A DNA stretch of 64,000 nt from Thermodesulfobacteriota bacterium (GTDB lineage: Bacteria; Desulfobacterota_D; UBA1144; Nemesobacterales; Nemesobacteraceae): NCBI GenBank assembly GCA_964291665.2, contig OZ219814.1:140549-204548 (forward strand), in the 5' to 3' direction. The position numbers and the translations under genes were made by a program. Numbering within the stretch: position 1 is the first letter of the stretch; each line of letters begins with the position of its first letter. Under the pieces are notes generated by a model. That model made no database searches. It saw nothing but the letters and a program-made list of their open reading frames with translations, and was not told the DNA's origin. This document shows positions 9,562 to 20,413 of the stretch, in pieces.

Positions 9562-11742
9562 TTAGCTCAGGTCATTCGGCTGCGGGAGTGAGGTTTCCGT
9601 TAATCTCTCAACCGAGATCACTCCCCCAAGATTCTTAAGCGATTCAACGAGTTTTTCAAGTTGCTTGATGTTTTCCACCGCTACCTCGAACCTCACATCT
9701 CCTTGTCCAACCTCATCTTCGCTCGCATCGGCGCTGACAATGTCGACATTGAGTTCCGAAACCGTGCTTGTCAGCTCAGAGAGTATGCCTTTCCTGTTCT
9801 CACACCTAACCGAAAGACCGATGGGTATCCGCCCCGAATACTCGTCGTTCCAGGCAACTTCTATCCTCCTTTCAGGGTCTACCTCAAGCAACTTGGGGCA
9901 ATTGTAAACGTGCACGGTTATCCCTCTGCCTCTGGTTATGAAACCTATGATCTGTTCCCCGGGAACCGGGTTGCAACACTTGCCGAACTTTATAAGTATG
10001 TTGTCATATCTTTTGACAAGGACTGCGTCTTTGTACTCGTCCTTGGAAATCCTGTTTATTATGCTTTTTATTCTTTTGCTTTTCTCGGCACCTTCGGCGA
10101 ATTTCCTGGGATGCATCGCCTTTAGAAGATCGTTTACCGCGGCATTGCCAAATCCGACCGCTCTGTAAAAATCCTTTATTCCCGAGAATTGAAGCTTTGC
10201 CAGAGAGTCGTCGAGCTTTTTCTTATCCAGCAGGTTGCTCAGTTTGAGTCCTTTCGCGGCAAACTTCCTCTGGGCTATCGCCTCTCCAATCTGCTCGGCC
10301 TTGCGGTTTTCCTCCTGTCTCAGCCAGCTCCTTATTCTGTTTTTAGCCTTTGATGTAACAACAAAATCAAGCCACTGCCTGTTAGGAACCCTGTTCTTGG
10401 AAGTCACCACTTCCACCATGTCCCCAGTTTCAAGCTTGTAGTTAAGGGGAACAAGCTTATGGTTAACAAAAGCCTGGGAGCAGTGATTGCCTATGTCTGT
10501 GTGAATTGAATATGCAAAGTCAACAGGAGTCGCACCCACGGGAAGCTCAAGGAGGTCTGCGTTGGGAGTGTAGACGTACACGACATCCAGTATGAGCTCC
10601 CCTTTTATGGCTTCTATGTACTCCGTTGAGTCCTTTATGTCCTTTAGCTCGACGAGATGACGGAGATTTGAGTAGATCTTGTCGTTTCCGTTCTCAAGCG
10701 AATTTCCCTCCTTGTACCTCCAGTGAGCTGCAACACCGTATTCCGCAATTCGATGCATCCGCTCAGTTCGTATCTGTATCTCCATCTGTTCTCCGAAGGG
10801 CCCTATCACGGCCGTATGAATGGACTGGTAGTTGTTGGCCTTCGGAAGGGCTATATAGTCTTTTATTCTCCCCGGAATCGGTTTCCACAAGGAATGCACC
10901 GCTCCCAGAACCTGATAGCATTCGTTCTCACTCGCGGTGACGATCCGGAAACCCAGTATGTCATAAATATTGCGCAGGCTTATATTGCCTTTTTTCATCT
11001 TGTTGTAGATGCCGTATAAATGCTTGAATCTCCACGAGACATCTCCACGAATTTCGAATTCTTCCATCTTGGCGTTGATGAGCGAGACGATTTCAGTGGT
11101 GTATTTCTCCCAATCTTTTTTCTTCGCAGACACTGTTTGGCTAATACGCTCGTATTCACCCGGCTCGGAGAACCTAAACGCCAGGTCCTCCAACTCAACC
11201 GATATCCAGTTCATTCCGAGGCGGTGAGCAAGCGGCGCGTAAATTTCCATCGTTTCAACGGCAATCCTTTTCTGTTTGTCCTCAGGCAGATACTGGAGCG
11301 TTCTCATGTTGTGCAGCCTGTCGGCGAGTTTTATCAGTACAACCCTTATGTCCTCGGCCGTGGCGAGTATAAGCTTGCGGAAGCTTTCGGCCTGTTTTTC
11401 CACATCGGAAACATGGGGAAGGCGACTTATTTTCGTGGTAGCATCGACGAGAAAAGCTATCTCGCTTCCGAAATTCCGTTCGATTTCCTCGCGAGTCGCA
11501 AGAGTATCCTCTATTGTGTCGTGAAGAAGTCCGGTAACTATGGAGGGAACGTCAAGTTTTAGATTCGCGAGTATGGAAGAAACCTCAAGAGGATGACTCA
11601 GATAAGGTTCCCCGGAAACTCTTTTCTGGCCCGAGTGAACCTTGGCTGAATACACGTAGGCTTTTTTTATGAAGTCAAGATCTTTGTTCTCGATATCCGA
11701 GTACGAAGCAACCTTGTCAATGATGTCGTTTAGCCTGATCAC
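9562..11742 (-). CDS. rel: Bifunctional (p)ppGpp synthetase/hydrolase (RelA/SpoT homolog)
   Basis: 726 aa. HD hydrolase domain (HPLEV...LHDTIEDT), synthetase domain (RIKDYIALPKANNYQSIHT), and TGS and ACT-like C-terminal regions. Confidence 0.95.
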   Translation of the reverse strand: MIRLNDIIDKVASYSDIENKDLDFIKKAYVYSAKVHSGQKRVSGEPYLSHPLEVSSILANLKLDVPSIVTGLLHDTIEDTLATREEIERNFGSEIAFLVDATTKISRLPHVSDVEKQAESFRKLILATAEDIRVVLIKLADRLHNMRTLQYLPEDKQKRIAVETMEIYAPLAHRLGMNWISVELEDLAFRFSEPGEYERISQTVSAKKKDWEKYTTEIVSLINAKMEEFEIRGDVSWRFKHLYGIYNKMKKGNISLRNIYDILGFRIVTASENECYQVLGAVHSLWKPIPGRIKDYIALPKANNYQSIHTAVIGPFGEQMEIQIRTERMHRIAEYGVAAHWRYKEGNSLENGNDKIYSNLRHLVELKDIKDSTEYIEAIKGELILDVVYVYTPNADLLELPVGATPVDFAYSIHTDIGNHCSQAFVNHKLVPLNYKLETGDMVEVVTSKNRVPNRQWLDFVVTSKAKNRIRSWLRQEENRKAEQIGEAIAQRKFAAKGLKLSNLLDKKKLDDSLAKLQFSGIKDFYRAVGFGNAAVNDLLKAMHPRKFAEGAEKSKRIKSIINRISKDEYKDAVLVKRYDNILIKFGKCCNPVPGEQIIGFITRGRGITVHVYNCPKLLEVDPERRIEVAWNDEYSGRIPIGLSVRCENRKGILSELTSTVSELNVDIVSADASEDEVGQGDVRFEVAVENIKQLEKLVESLKNLGGVISVERLTETSLPQPNDLS

Positions 11743-11757
11743 AGCAGCGCGAACACC

Positions 11758-12417
11758 TCACTTAAGGCCGAATTTCTTGAGAAAAACGGGGCCGTACACA
11801 TTTTCCGTCCTCGCGTCCCGGGTAGCGGCGAGCATCCGCTGGCGGGAATCTTCACTATCCCCTTGTCTTTGCGAAAGGATAACGTCCCCAATTCTCCTAG
11901 CCGCAATATCCGCCTCATCATTAATTATAATATAATCATAGCACTTCGAGCAGGCCACCTCCTCCTTGGCAATCCCGAGGCGGATGGAGATGTCCCCCTC
12001 TTCTTCCGATTTTCTGTCTCTCAGCCTTTGCTCGAGAATCTCAAGAGACGGCGGGACAACAAATATGAACACCGCATCGTCAAACACGCCCCTCAACCTT
12101 CTTGCTCCCTGAACATCTATGTCCAGAATAACGTCAACACCCGTTTCGATCCATTTTTCTATATCAGCCCTCGGCGTCCCGTAAAAGTTTCCGTGCACCT
12201 CCGCCCACTCGGCAAAGAAATCCTGCCCGATCATGTCCCGGAATTCTTCTCTGGAAACAAACTCGTAGTGCTCCCCGCGTACCTCCCCCGCGCGCATCGA
12301 TCTTGTTGTGTAGGAAATGGAGAAACGGAGGTTCTCCACATTTGACAGAACACGGGTGACAATCGTTGTTTTTCCGCTTCCCGACGGACCGGAGATCACG
12401 AACAACTTCCCGCTCAT
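11758..12417 (-). CDS. gmk: Guanylate kinase
   Basis: 219 aa. P-loop GPSGSGKTT and the conserved YTTR and GTP regions. Sits immediately upstream of rel, the usual gmk-spoT neighbourhood but without rpoZ. Confidence 0.9.
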   Translation of the reverse strand: MSGKLFVISGPSGSGKTTIVTRVLSNVENLRFSISYTTRSMRAGEVRGEHYEFVSREEFRDMIGQDFFAEWAEVHGNFYGTPRADIEKWIETGVDVILDIDVQGARRLRGVFDDAVFIFVVPPSLEILEQRLRDRKSEEEGDISIRLGIAKEEVACSKCYDYIIINDEADIAARRIGDVILSQRQGDSEDSRQRMLAATRDARTENVYGPVFLKKFGLK

Positions 12418-12500
12418 AGTATCAGATTATAAACGCAAAAACCTCGATATTAAAACGCCACTTGTTGCCCTGCCACCTGTGATTCTTCGCTGATTCGGTA

Positions 12501-14720
<2,220 letters not shown>

Positions 14721-14799
14721 TTAACACGTCGGGATGTATATGAACGCATGGAGACATAGTGAACTCAATAACGGGAGTGCCCCACGCACTCGAGCAGAA

Positions 14800-14828
14800 A
14801 ATATACCACTACCGCTATACAGGCTCAA
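14800..14828 (-). promoter_or_regulatory. Candidate sigma70-type promoter of katG
   Basis: Minus strand reads TTGAGC, then 17 nt, then TATATT (14828-14823 and 14805-14800). It lies about 95 nt upstream of the katG ATG, which has a GGAGAG Shine-Dalgarno. Confidence 0.35.
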
Positions 14829-14829
14829 G

Positions 14830-14847
14830 TTAGTGTATCGACACTAA
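14830..14847. promoter_or_regulatory. Perfect 7+7 bp inverted repeat (TTAGTGT-ATCG-ACACTAA) abutting the katG -35
   Basis: Read directly from the sequence. The position (about -37 to -55) fits an activator or repressor site. Confidence 0.3.
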
Positions 14848-14859
14848 AACAGTCTCCTG

Positions 14860-15540
14860 TTAGAACATATTGAACGCTTCGGGGAAATCGTCGATGATCT
14901 CAGAAAAGCTTTCCGTAACCCGGTCGGCAAGCACAAGTTCGTCGCCGGAACATGAGTTGGTAATGCCAATGCATCTCATCCCGGCCCTTTTGGCCGCCAG
15001 AACACCGTGGGGAGAATCCTCAAACACGACACACTGGGCGGCTGTTATGGTCCTGTCGTAATCTGTTCTTAGCCTCTCAAGGCATTTAAGGTAAACCTCG
15101 GGGGATGGTTTCGGGTTCTCCGTATCGTCAGCCCCTATTACAAAGCCGAAGAACTCGGAAAGCTCCTTGCGCCTGAGTATGAGATTAATCTCTTCGGTTA
15201 ACGCGCCGGAACCTATCGCCACATGAAACTTGCCCCGGATGGCTTCAAGAAACTCAACGACCCCGGGGAAAATTCTTATGTCCTCCCCTATCATTTCTTC
15301 AAAACAGATGCCTTTTTCTCTCACAAGCCGGGCAACCTCCCCCTCCGTCCACTGCTGTCCGTTATCCTCAAGGAACCTCCTGAAAAAGCTTTTGTCATCG
15401 CAGGCAAGGTATCGCAAGTAATAGTCGGTGGTCGAGAGCCTCAGCCCCAAGGTTTCCACGGTTCTCTGAAAGGCTCTGAGGTGCAGAGGCTCGCTGTCGA
15501 CTATCACGCCGTCAAAGTCGAATATGACCGCTTTTATCAT
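14860..15540 (-). CDS. HAD-superfamily hydrolase (beta-phosphoglucomutase-like subfamily IA)
   Basis: 226 aa. Motif I FDFDGVIVDS, plus GSGA and later Asp motifs. Confidence 0.8.
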   Translation of the reverse strand: MIKAVIFDFDGVIVDSEPLHLRAFQRTVETLGLRLSTTDYYLRYLACDDKSFFRRFLEDNGQQWTEGEVARLVREKGICFEEMIGEDIRIFPGVVEFLEAIRGKFHVAIGSGALTEEINLILRRKELSEFFGFVIGADDTENPKPSPEVYLKCLERLRTDYDRTITAAQCVVFEDSPHGVLAAKRAGMRCIGITNSCSGDELVLADRVTESFSEIIDDFPEAFNMF

Positions 15541-15638
15541 TCCGTTTCCCTGATTTGTGAAATATGTGGTATTTTACTGCCGGAAGAGGCCTATACAAAG
15601 AACCTGTGCATAAACACAGGAACGGGAGAAAAAGAAAG

Positions 15639-15974
15639 ATGGATTACTATAACCCCGAGGATCTCAAGAGATTTCCCGAGATCGGGGAGTTCAGTGAAGA
15701 CCTCATGGACAAGTTTTTCGAGTACTACAACTCCGCAACTGCCGAGGAAGGGGCGCTTACGAAACGAGAAAAAGCTCTCATAGCCCTAGCCGTGGCTCAC
15801 ACCGAAAAATGTCCTTACTGCATAGACGCGTACACTACGCAGTGTCTTGAGACGGGCGCGGATCCGGAACAGATGACTGAAGCCGTACATGTCGCCGCCT
15901 CAATGTCGGCCGGCATAAAGCTCATCCATGCGATCCAGATGCACAACACGCTGAAAAAGAACCGCGCCCTTTAG
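15639..15974 (+). CDS. AhpD/carboxymuconolactone-decarboxylase-like protein of the arsenosugar-biosynthesis-associated peroxidase-like type
   Basis: I chose the start at ATG 15639 (purine-rich GGGAGAAAAAGAAAG upstream) rather than the track start at 15564. 111 aa with AhpD-like CxxC (EKCPYCIDAY). Sits directly upstream of an ArsS-type radical SAM gene. Confidence 0.75.
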   Translation: MDYYNPEDLKRFPEIGEFSEDLMDKFFEYYNSATAEEGALTKREKALIALAVAHTEKCPYCIDAYTTQCLETGADPEQMTEAVHVAASMSAGIKLIHAIQMHNTLKKNRAL

Positions 15975-16052
15975 AAACACAAACGGGAAGAAAAACCGCT
16001 GCGGAGCTAGGCAACGGAAATTCCCGAAGGATACGTTATAGTTCAAGAGAGA

Positions 16053-17039
16053 ATGAAGACAGACAATCATAATTTTTCCCGCAAACTGATCGATCAAGGT
16101 CTCGACACTGACCCTATTACGATTGAAACCCTGCAGGTAAACATAACAAAGCTTTGCAACCAGGCCTGCACTCACTGTCACGTGGACGCCTCGCCCTGGA
16201 GAAGCGAGCAGATGAGCATTGAGGGCGTAGAGAGATGTCTTGAGATACTAAGCGAGAACGAATGCATCAAAAATCTCGACCTGACCGGAGGAGCTCCGGA
16301 GTTAAACCCCCATTTTGACTACTTCGTTAAAGAGGCCAGGAATCTCGGCAAACACGTGATGGTAAGACACAACCTGACCGTTACTCTCGACGGAAACCCC
16401 CGCACGGGAGAGGAAAAAACGTACATACCAAGGTTCTTCGCCGAAAACCGAGTCGAAGTCATATCCTCGCTTCCATATTACAGCAGCTACTTCACGGACA
16501 AGCAGAGGGGAAAAGGAGTTTTCGAAAAAAGCATAGAATCCCTGAGAATGCTTAATAGCGAAGGCTACGGTGGCGGGGAACTGAAACTCAACCTGGTATA
16601 CAACCCTGTCGGAACCTTTCTCCCCCCGGACCAAGAGAGTCTTGAAGCGGACTTCAAGGCAAAACTCAAAAAGAACTACGGGATAAGGTTCGATAACCTG
16701 TACACATTGACCAATATGCCGATCAACAGGTTTGAGAAGGAACTGAAAAAAGAGAACGCCTACGAGGAGTACATCGAAAAGCTTGTAAACGCTTTCAATC
16801 CCGAAGCCGTAGACGGCATAATGTGCCGGAACCTGATCAGCGTAAGCCACAACGGGAGAATCTACGACTGCGACTTTAACCAGATGCTTGATATGCAATG
16901 CCGAAACGGCAGCGGGGGCCTTACCATATTCAATTTCGACCTCCGCAAGGTAATCGGAAGAAAGATAAGATTCGGCGTTCACTGTTTCGGCTGCACGGCC
17001 GGGGCCGGAAGCAGCTGCGGCGGCCAGACGGTATCCTGA
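16053..17039 (+). CDS. arsS: Radical SAM / Cys-rich-domain protein of the ArsS (arsenosugar biosynthesis) family
   Basis: 328 aa. CX3CX2C cluster motif (CNQACTHC) and the characteristic C-terminal HCFGCTAGAGSSCGG tail. Confidence 0.8.
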   Translation: MKTDNHNFSRKLIDQGLDTDPITIETLQVNITKLCNQACTHCHVDASPWRSEQMSIEGVERCLEILSENECIKNLDLTGGAPELNPHFDYFVKEARNLGKHVMVRHNLTVTLDGNPRTGEEKTYIPRFFAENRVEVISSLPYYSSYFTDKQRGKGVFEKSIESLRMLNSEGYGGGELKLNLVYNPVGTFLPPDQESLEADFKAKLKKNYGIRFDNLYTLTNMPINRFEKELKKENAYEEYIEKLVNAFNPEAVDGIMCRNLISVSHNGRIYDCDFNQMLDMQCRNGSGGLTIFNFDLRKVIGRKIRFGVHCFGCTAGAGSSCGGQTVS

Positions 17040-17056
17040 TTCCGGGGCTTTGCGTA

Positions 17057-17770
17057 ATGTCTCAAAAAAACGATAACGCCCTGATCGTTTTTCTTAAGTA
17101 TCCGGAAGCAGAAAAAGTAAAGACGCGTCTGGGAAAAGACATAGGGGAACAGAAGGCCATGGAAGTGTATCGCGAGACGGCAAGTTTCGTCGCCGGCTCC
17201 TTCTCGGGTTCAAAGAACTGGACGACTTTTCTCTTCTACAGTCCCAAGGAAAGAAAAAAAGAGGTTTTCGAGTGGCTGGGAGACAAAGAAGCCCTTTTCT
17301 TCGCCCAGGAGACAGGTTCTCTCGGACAAAGAATGTCTCGCGCGTTTGAAAAATGTTTTTCCCTGGGATTCAGAAATGTCGTCATCGTAGGCACAGATTG
17401 CGTGATGATAACCGAAGAGGATGTGGAAACCGGGTTTTCGCTGCTTTCGGGAGGGGAATTTGAAGCGGTTCTGGGCCCTGCAACCGACGGGGGATATTAT
17501 CTCCTCGGGCTATCCAAGAAAACGGACGCGGTTTTTCAGGACATGCAGTGGAGCACTTCCCGAGTATTTACGGAGACCGAAGAACGCATGAGGAAAAACG
17601 GTCTGCGCCACTCCGTCATGAGAGAGCTTACGGATATTGATGAGGAAAAAGACATAAGCATAGAGGATATAATGACAAGGGACACGGAACTTGCGCGCAG
17701 ACTGGAAGAAGTCCTTTTGAGACACCAAGAAATCCGTACTGAGAAAAACGAAGAGGGAAAACCGGCATGA
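17057..17770 (+). CDS. DUF2064 / TIGR04282-type (rSAM-selenodomain-associated) glycosyltransferase-like protein
   Basis: I chose the start at ATG 17057 (MSQKNDNALIVFLKYPEAEKVKTRLG). Conserved GSLGQRM, VIVGTDCV and GPATDGGYYLLGL motifs. The track ORF start at 16898 overlaps arsS and is unlikely. Confidence 0.75.
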   Translation: MSQKNDNALIVFLKYPEAEKVKTRLGKDIGEQKAMEVYRETASFVAGSFSGSKNWTTFLFYSPKERKKEVFEWLGDKEALFFAQETGSLGQRMSRAFEKCFSLGFRNVVIVGTDCVMITEEDVETGFSLLSGGEFEAVLGPATDGGYYLLGLSKKTDAVFQDMQWSTSRVFTETEERMRKNGLRHSVMRELTDIDEEKDISIEDIMTRDTELARRLEEVLLRHQEIRTEKNEEGKPA

Positions 17771-18522
17771 ATTCCGAAATTCTAGATGTGGGAATGGTTG
17801 CTTCTTTTTTCGCCGGAGTGATTGCGTTTCTTTCCCCCTGCATTCTTCCGCTTATGCCGGGCTACCTTTCAGTAGTAACGCATCTTTCATACGAAGACCT
17901 TTCAGACGCTCGGAACCTGCCCAGATTCTCAAGGGTTGTCGTACCAAGTCTCGTCTTCATACTTGGATTCTCAACAGTCTTTATCTCCTTGGGCGCATTC
18001 TCCTCCCAGCTCGGGGGAATAATCTCGGGCAACAAGACTTTTTTGCTAAGAATAGCCGGAATATTCATAATCCTTTTCGGAATATTCGTAATGGAGATCG
18101 TAAAGGTCCCATTTCTTGAGAAAGAACATAAAATCTCCCTTCCGCGGGAAAGGGGAAATCTTTTCGGAACTTATATTCTCGGCCTAGCGTTCGGCCTTGG
18201 CTGGACGCCGTGCGTAGGACCTATTCTCGGATCCATACTCCTTTATGCAAGCACAGTGGAAGGAACGCTAAACGCAGTGGGACTGCTCGCGGTTTACTCA
18301 CTCGGAATTGGTATACCGTTCATCCTGATCGGTCTTGCGTTTAACAGCGCCATGGGATCTTTCAGAAGCGTCAGAAGGTATTATCCGTATTATAAGTACG
18401 CGATAGGCTCGGGACTTGTAATCATAGGGATAATGATGTTTTCAAACGAGATTCACTACTTAAATATCTACGGTCAGAAAATATTTGACGCAATGGGAAT
18501 AGATTTCTGGAAAAGGTTTTAG
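17767..18522 (+). CDS. ccdA: Cytochrome c biogenesis / thiol-disulfide electron transporter CcdA (DsbD core family)
   Basis: 251 aa polytopic membrane protein with the two conserved Cys motifs (FLSPCILPLMPGY and GWTPCVGPILG). ATGA overlap with the preceding gene. Confidence 0.85.
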   Translation: MNSEILDVGMVASFFAGVIAFLSPCILPLMPGYLSVVTHLSYEDLSDARNLPRFSRVVVPSLVFILGFSTVFISLGAFSSQLGGIISGNKTFLLRIAGIFIILFGIFVMEIVKVPFLEKEHKISLPRERGNLFGTYILGLAFGLGWTPCVGPILGSILLYASTVEGTLNAVGLLAVYSLGIGIPFILIGLAFNSAMGSFRSVRRYYPYYKYAIGSGLVIIGIMMFSNEIHYLNIYGQKIFDAMGIDFWKRF

Positions 18523-18573
18523 CCAAAAAGCAAAAACCAGAATGAATCTCTGCCTAGAAAATCAGAAATCTGC

Positions 18574-18990
18574 TCAGGCCATATCTTCGTCTAAAAGCAC
18601 AGCACCTTCAAGCCGTGATAATTTCCGGTCCAATGTATGGAGTGAGTTTATTCCCGCTCTCCTAGCAGCGGCCATGATCATCAGATCAGAAAACTCTGCT
18701 TCTCCCTCGCTATACCGAAACGCTGCACCGGCAACATCATCGGCTACTTCAAAAACCAGAACCTCGGTTATTAAAAGTTCTTTGAGTATCGCAGCAATTT
18801 GGGCACGGGAATAGCCATAGGCACGCTTCAATACCCAGACCACTTCAACCGCCACCTCCCTGCAAACATAACCGGGACGCTCAACCGTAAGTGATTCCAA
18901 TAACGCACGGGCAGCTTCCGACTGTTTTACGTTGTCACGTACCAGATAACGGATGATGATATTTGTATCAAGAGCGATCACTTCTCGCAC
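18574..18990 (-). CDS. vapC: Type II toxin VapC (PIN-domain ribonuclease)
   Basis: 138 aa. PIN acidic residues (ALDTNIII, ...SDLMIMA..., HTLD). An alternative GTG start at 18981 forms a GTGA overlap with the vapB stop. Confidence 0.85.
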   Translation of the reverse strand: MREVIALDTNIIIRYLVRDNVKQSEAARALLESLTVERPGYVCREVAVEVVWVLKRAYGYSRAQIAAILKELLITEVLVFEVADDVAGAAFRYSEGEAEFSDLMIMAAARRAGINSLHTLDRKLSRLEGAVLLDEDMA

Positions 18991-19211
18991 GCCCCGTCCG
19001 CTATGGCCTGCTCCATTTCCTCAAGCGTGACCGCAGGGCCATCGTGCCTCAATACGCCAAACAGCCTGCTAATGCTCCGCACAGGCATAATACGTACTCC
19101 CCCGTCAACGATTATATAGCGCACTTTGTCTCCAGCGCGCAATCCAAGCGACTCCCGAACAGCTTTCGGGAGGGTTGTCTGTCCCTTTTTCGTTATAGAA
19201 GATTCAATCAT
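18978..19211 (-). CDS. vapB: Type II antitoxin VapB (AbrB/MazE/SpoVT fold)
   Basis: 77 aa. SpoVT/AbrB-like N-terminus (TKKGQTTLPKAVRESLGLRAGDKV). GGTGG Shine-Dalgarno 6 nt before the ATG. Confidence 0.85.
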   Translation of the reverse strand: MIESSITKKGQTTLPKAVRESLGLRAGDKVRYIIVDGGVRIMPVRSISRLFGVLRHDGPAVTLEEMEQAIADGACEK

Positions 19212-19234
19212 AAGATTACCACCTGTTGCATTTC

Positions 19235-19263
19235 AATATACATGTTGGCATTAAAATAATCAA
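19235..19263 (-). promoter_or_regulatory. Candidate vapBC promoter
   Basis: Minus strand reads TTGATT, then 17 nt, then TATATT. It is flanked by direct TGTTG(G)CA repeats that could be antitoxin operator half-sites. Confidence 0.35.
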
Positions 19264-19451
19264 GAAAGAAAGTCTTTAAGCTGTTTTGCATTACTTTTAT
19301 TAGATTTCCCTACCCACAATCCGGTTTAAGGACTGCGGGAGAAAATACGGGGTTTCAACCACACATCATCTTAGGCGCAGTATGTCTCAGGTCCGCTTTG
19401 CGCAACCAGAGGAAAAACAACGTGAACCCCCAGAATCGTATACATCCCGGA

Positions 19452-20282
19452 TTACGCGCCTCCATAGCTCAGGATTCCGTAACTGTACACGCCGGCAAAA
19501 GCAGCAACGGAATCTACAGCTTCCGGGGCGACTCGTTTTCCAACTTCCAGCAGTTCCTTCGATTCCTCTACCTTCATGCCGTAGCGCTTTTCGAAAACGC
19601 TTAGGTCATCAAACCCGGTCACCCAGGTCACATTGAAAGTTTGTTGAAACATATCAGTCGCTCTAACAACCTCAGGGTTTTCGTAGGTCCTGTTAATGAT
19701 GCTCAATGGATAGTAGTCAAAAACGATTTTGAACGAGGGAATTCTGGCACACAGACTGTCAAAGAAATTGTGGATCAGCTCAATGGGAAGATACATGCTG
19801 TTTCCTTCCCAAAGAAAAAGCATAGGAGAGTTGATGTCAAAACCCGCCTTGATGAGTTCTTCCGGCAGGTCAACTTCAAGATAGTTGCATGGTATGCTCG
19901 CACATGGCGTCACGCCGTGGCTTTCAAGAACCTTGTGTTTGAATTCCAGAAGGGCTGGCTGATCAATATCGCAGAAACGCACTCCCTCGGTCTTAAAGAC
20001 CAGGGAACGCATGTCAAACCCGCAGCCGAGTATGACAATCTGTTTCATGCCGGCTTGAATCTCGCGTCTTGTGATTTCATCCAGTATGCAAAAGCGGTAA
20101 CGGAGAATTTCAACCGATTCCGGAAGAATTTTTGTTACTCTGTCGACCTTTTCCCTTATTTCGTCTGTAACAAACCAGTGGGCGTACGGGTCGTTGAACA
20201 CGCGGTGTTCACGGTTTCTTTCCATTTCCCTGTAACAGGCTACGGCAAACGCGGTTGTTCCGACTTCATTTATATCCGGCAT
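19452..20282 (-). CDS. Class I SAM-dependent methyltransferase (leucine carboxyl / O-methyltransferase-like family)
   Basis: Start taken at ATG 20282 (MPDINEVGTTAFAVACYR...). SAM-binding motif IVILGCGFDMR. The track ORF starts 23 codons further upstream. Confidence 0.72.
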   Translation of the reverse strand: MPDINEVGTTAFAVACYREMERNREHRVFNDPYAHWFVTDEIREKVDRVTKILPESVEILRYRFCILDEITRREIQAGMKQIVILGCGFDMRSLVFKTEGVRFCDIDQPALLEFKHKVLESHGVTPCASIPCNYLEVDLPEELIKAGFDINSPMLFLWEGNSMYLPIELIHNFFDSLCARIPSFKIVFDYYPLSIINRTYENPEVVRATDMFQQTFNVTWVTGFDDLSVFEKRYGMKVEESKELLEVGKRVAPEAVDSVAAFAGVYSYGILSYGGA

Positions 20283-20413
20283 GGCAGATCCATATAAAAT
20301 TACGCAGGGTGCGCATTCAGGAGAAACGAGATGCGGCGGCCCTGTTATCAAGATATGTTCTATTACGGCGTTGACAAGTAAAAGATCTTTTCTGGACTTC
20401 GCATAAAAACAGC

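Noticed and set aside
11743-11900. Missing rpoZ between gmk and rel, and the idea that the Gmk C-terminal tail (DSRQRMLAATRDAR...) is a fused omega remnant.
   Set aside because: E. coli Gmk has a comparable basic C-terminal tail, so the extension is only about 15 residues. The resemblance to the omega helix is too weak. rpoZ is probably elsewhere in the genome.
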